The notes beneath the pieces were generated by a model that saw only the letters and a list, made by a program, of their open reading frames with translations, had not been told where the DNA came from and searched no databases. Below are positions 61,621 through 64,000 of a DNA stretch of 64,000 nt, piece after piece (the stretch's first letter is position 1; every line of letters begins with the position of its first letter). The DNA is taken from assembly GCA_036172245.1 (NCBI GenBank), contig JAYWIR010000008.1, positions 2,542,001 through 2,606,000 on the forward strand, written 5' to 3'. The stretch is from Raillietiella orientalis (lineage: Eukaryota). A program made the translations under genes and the position numbers.

Positions 61621-64000
61621 GGGAAACGTGGAGTGCGGTAAAGTGCTCCACTAGGGGAAAGCAAAAGGAAAAAAGGGAAACGAAAATAAAAGAGTGGACC
61701 TTCAAAGGAGTCTTTTAAAATCTTGTAACCGAGTTTCCGTGTCGCAACGGAGACGCTGGACCCAATGCCGGTGATCTCCCGGTAATGCGTGACCTGACCG
61801 TTGCGTGTGGTTTCGAGTTGGCCTCTTGGTCAGGGAATTGGATGCTTCCCACCACCACCATCACTTCCCCCCACCCCCAAAGGAAAACCGCCGTTGCTGC
61901 CGTATTCATTGAAAATGGTTCACTGTGACGTTTTGCGACGGTCGCCACTTGTCTAAAAGGCTACCTGCCATATCAGGTTTGTGTGTTTCCTTGCAAAATG
62001 ACTCAGTCACCTGACTGAATGAATTGTTTGGTGATTCAGGGATCTTTCCTTCTTTCCTTTTCGTGAAGTGCTACAGACACAATCTCCCTGAATGTAATTC
62101 CAGCCTGGGGAAAGGGCTCCCAGCTTCATCTTCCCCAAGCCAGCATGAGCTGCTCTTTCTTTATTTCTTCATAATAGTTTATGGTGTGCATGAGTTTTAA
62201 ACCATTTTACCATGAAAGTAATGGACTAAAGCATTTGGGGAGGATGTTTGTTTTCAAAACTGAACTGGATTCCAAATGAATGTATTATTTGTTGTGAATG
62301 GCAGAAATAAATAGATAGACTTAAGTTTACATAAGTAGTTCAAGAATTGGCACATGTGATTTTGGGGAGGAGGGGAGGAGGAAATGCTCAATTTGTAGTA
62401 AAAAAAAAAAAAAAAACTGGTTCTATCATTGTTGAAGTTTGTATTTGTGTCTGTTTCACAATATTTTGTTAGTAAAAGTGAGCTTACACACAAGTTGGTG
62501 ATCCAAATTTCAGTTGCCCAAGGGATTTAAAGCATTTACAATTATTGAATGAGAGAATGCATATGAAAGCACTTCCATGTTTCCATTTGGTTATTGAGGA
62601 ATGAAGGACTGTTGTGGAGGTTAGATCCAGTTATTTCTTAGGCAAGGATTCCATTTGTCTGTATTGTTTTCACTTAAAAGAAAACACGTTTTTTTAAAAA
62701 AACATGTTGAACCGAGCTAGTAGCAGTTAGAATGAAGTAGTCTTTTTTCAAGTTCACTGTTTTCACTTGTTGAGTTGAAGTCAGTCAAAGCATGGTCATC
62801 ATGAATGCTTTTCAACTTGAACTCTCATAAAAAATAAAAAAAATCAAAGATACACAAACACAGGAATATCTGTTTTTGTGTGTGTGTTTTATTTTGAATC
62901 CATCATTCACTTTCCCTGACATTCAATGCACAGAGTATGTCATAAGAAATGCATAGTGATAATTTCCTAATCAGAAATGGTTTCCAGTCTATCATGGGGA
63001 ATTCTCTCGTTGACATATGTCAAGACTTTACTGTTAAGAGTTGTGTTCAAAATTTATAGTTTCTGTGAAATTAGGTTGCTCTAGTAAATACCCTGGATTT
63101 TAGATGTGTTCCGATCAGAACTGTATTCCCGAACCATGGTTCTTATTTGGAAGTCTCTTGGAATTTTTCCCCCTGAAGCCGGTGTTTCACTCCCACTTGA
63201 AAAAGATGCAGCAGCAGCCTGTTAGATAATTTGTTGCCATGAGATAACCACGGAGAATGCAATATCGAGTTTTATCCAAGAAGCAGTTGCGCAAAACTCT
63301 GCCATGAAAAGGGAAATTTCCAAGGTCACGAGGTGTCCTTGGTCAGCAGCGTTGCGATTTTCCTTTTTTTTTTCAAGTGTCACAGAGGGCAAACCTCAAA
63401 GGTGTAAACATTGTAATTGGTCTGCTTCTGAAAACTGCCGTTCTTAACACGCTTTAAGAAATCTCTGGCAGTCCTTATAGCGAAGATCAATCGAATGTGT
63501 TTACGGTCAAATTTGTCAGTTCATTACGTGTTTCTGCCAAAGCCGGGTTTCAGATTGTGTTGGTAGCTCTACATGCTCGTGGGCTACGTAGGGGTGGGTG
63601 GGTGGTGATGGGCACGCCAGTGCCCCAAATTGGAGTACATTATTCGTGATGAGATGAACAACGAACTGGGAACTACAAATAACCTATGGTATTTTATTAT
63701 TGTTATTATTATTATTGTTCTTGACTCGTGTGCTTTGTGAAAGGGGGGAATTTCAAAGTAGGTCCTTGTATTAAACCACGAGCTTTTTCTGCTTTGCCGA
63801 AGTGAACTCCGAGGTTCGCGCTTGGGTTCTGCGTCGTCCTTTCTCGCAACACTCTACGACTTCCTGCTAAGATAGCCCAAGGAATTTTTTCTCTTTTGGT
63901 GCCTTCCCTCACAGCATGTATTGGTTTTTCCTTTTTACCCACCCCTTCATTTCTCAACGTTGCAGAAGAGTGGTTCCCAAGGGTTGCTTGGATTCTCCCG

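Overview
Eukaryotic animal genomic DNA, probably arthropod; the taxon cannot be fixed from sequence alone. Four + strand protein genes can be spliced by hand: (1) a 777-aa degenerate-Nudix/EF-hand/PPP Ser/Thr phosphatase (13671-16565); (2) meiotic MSH4 (~27185-39668, start codon uncertain); (3) DHX16/Prp2 (47730-56890); (4) a SAPCD2-like gene (57184-58653). Of their 35 introns, 29 are only 39-64 nt, often without a polypyrimidine tract, and 9 end in AAG. Repeats include a tRNA-headed SINE, a rearranged fold-back mariner relic and decayed RTE-like LINE fragments. The main unexplained signal is a set of GC-rich islands with no credible ORF (about 2.3-9.5, 35.9-36.7, 40.4-41.8 and 59.8-61.1 kb). 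These are built from imperfect inverted repeats, including a ~1.6-kb and a ~1.3-kb fold-back, and their non-Watson-Crick positions are mostly G.U wobbles when read on the + strand. The first cluster also carries short GT-AG intron-like units of the size typical of this genome. This suggests spliced long hairpin RNAs (hpRNA/endo-siRNA-like precursors). All pairings were found by eye and need folding and small-RNA confirmation.
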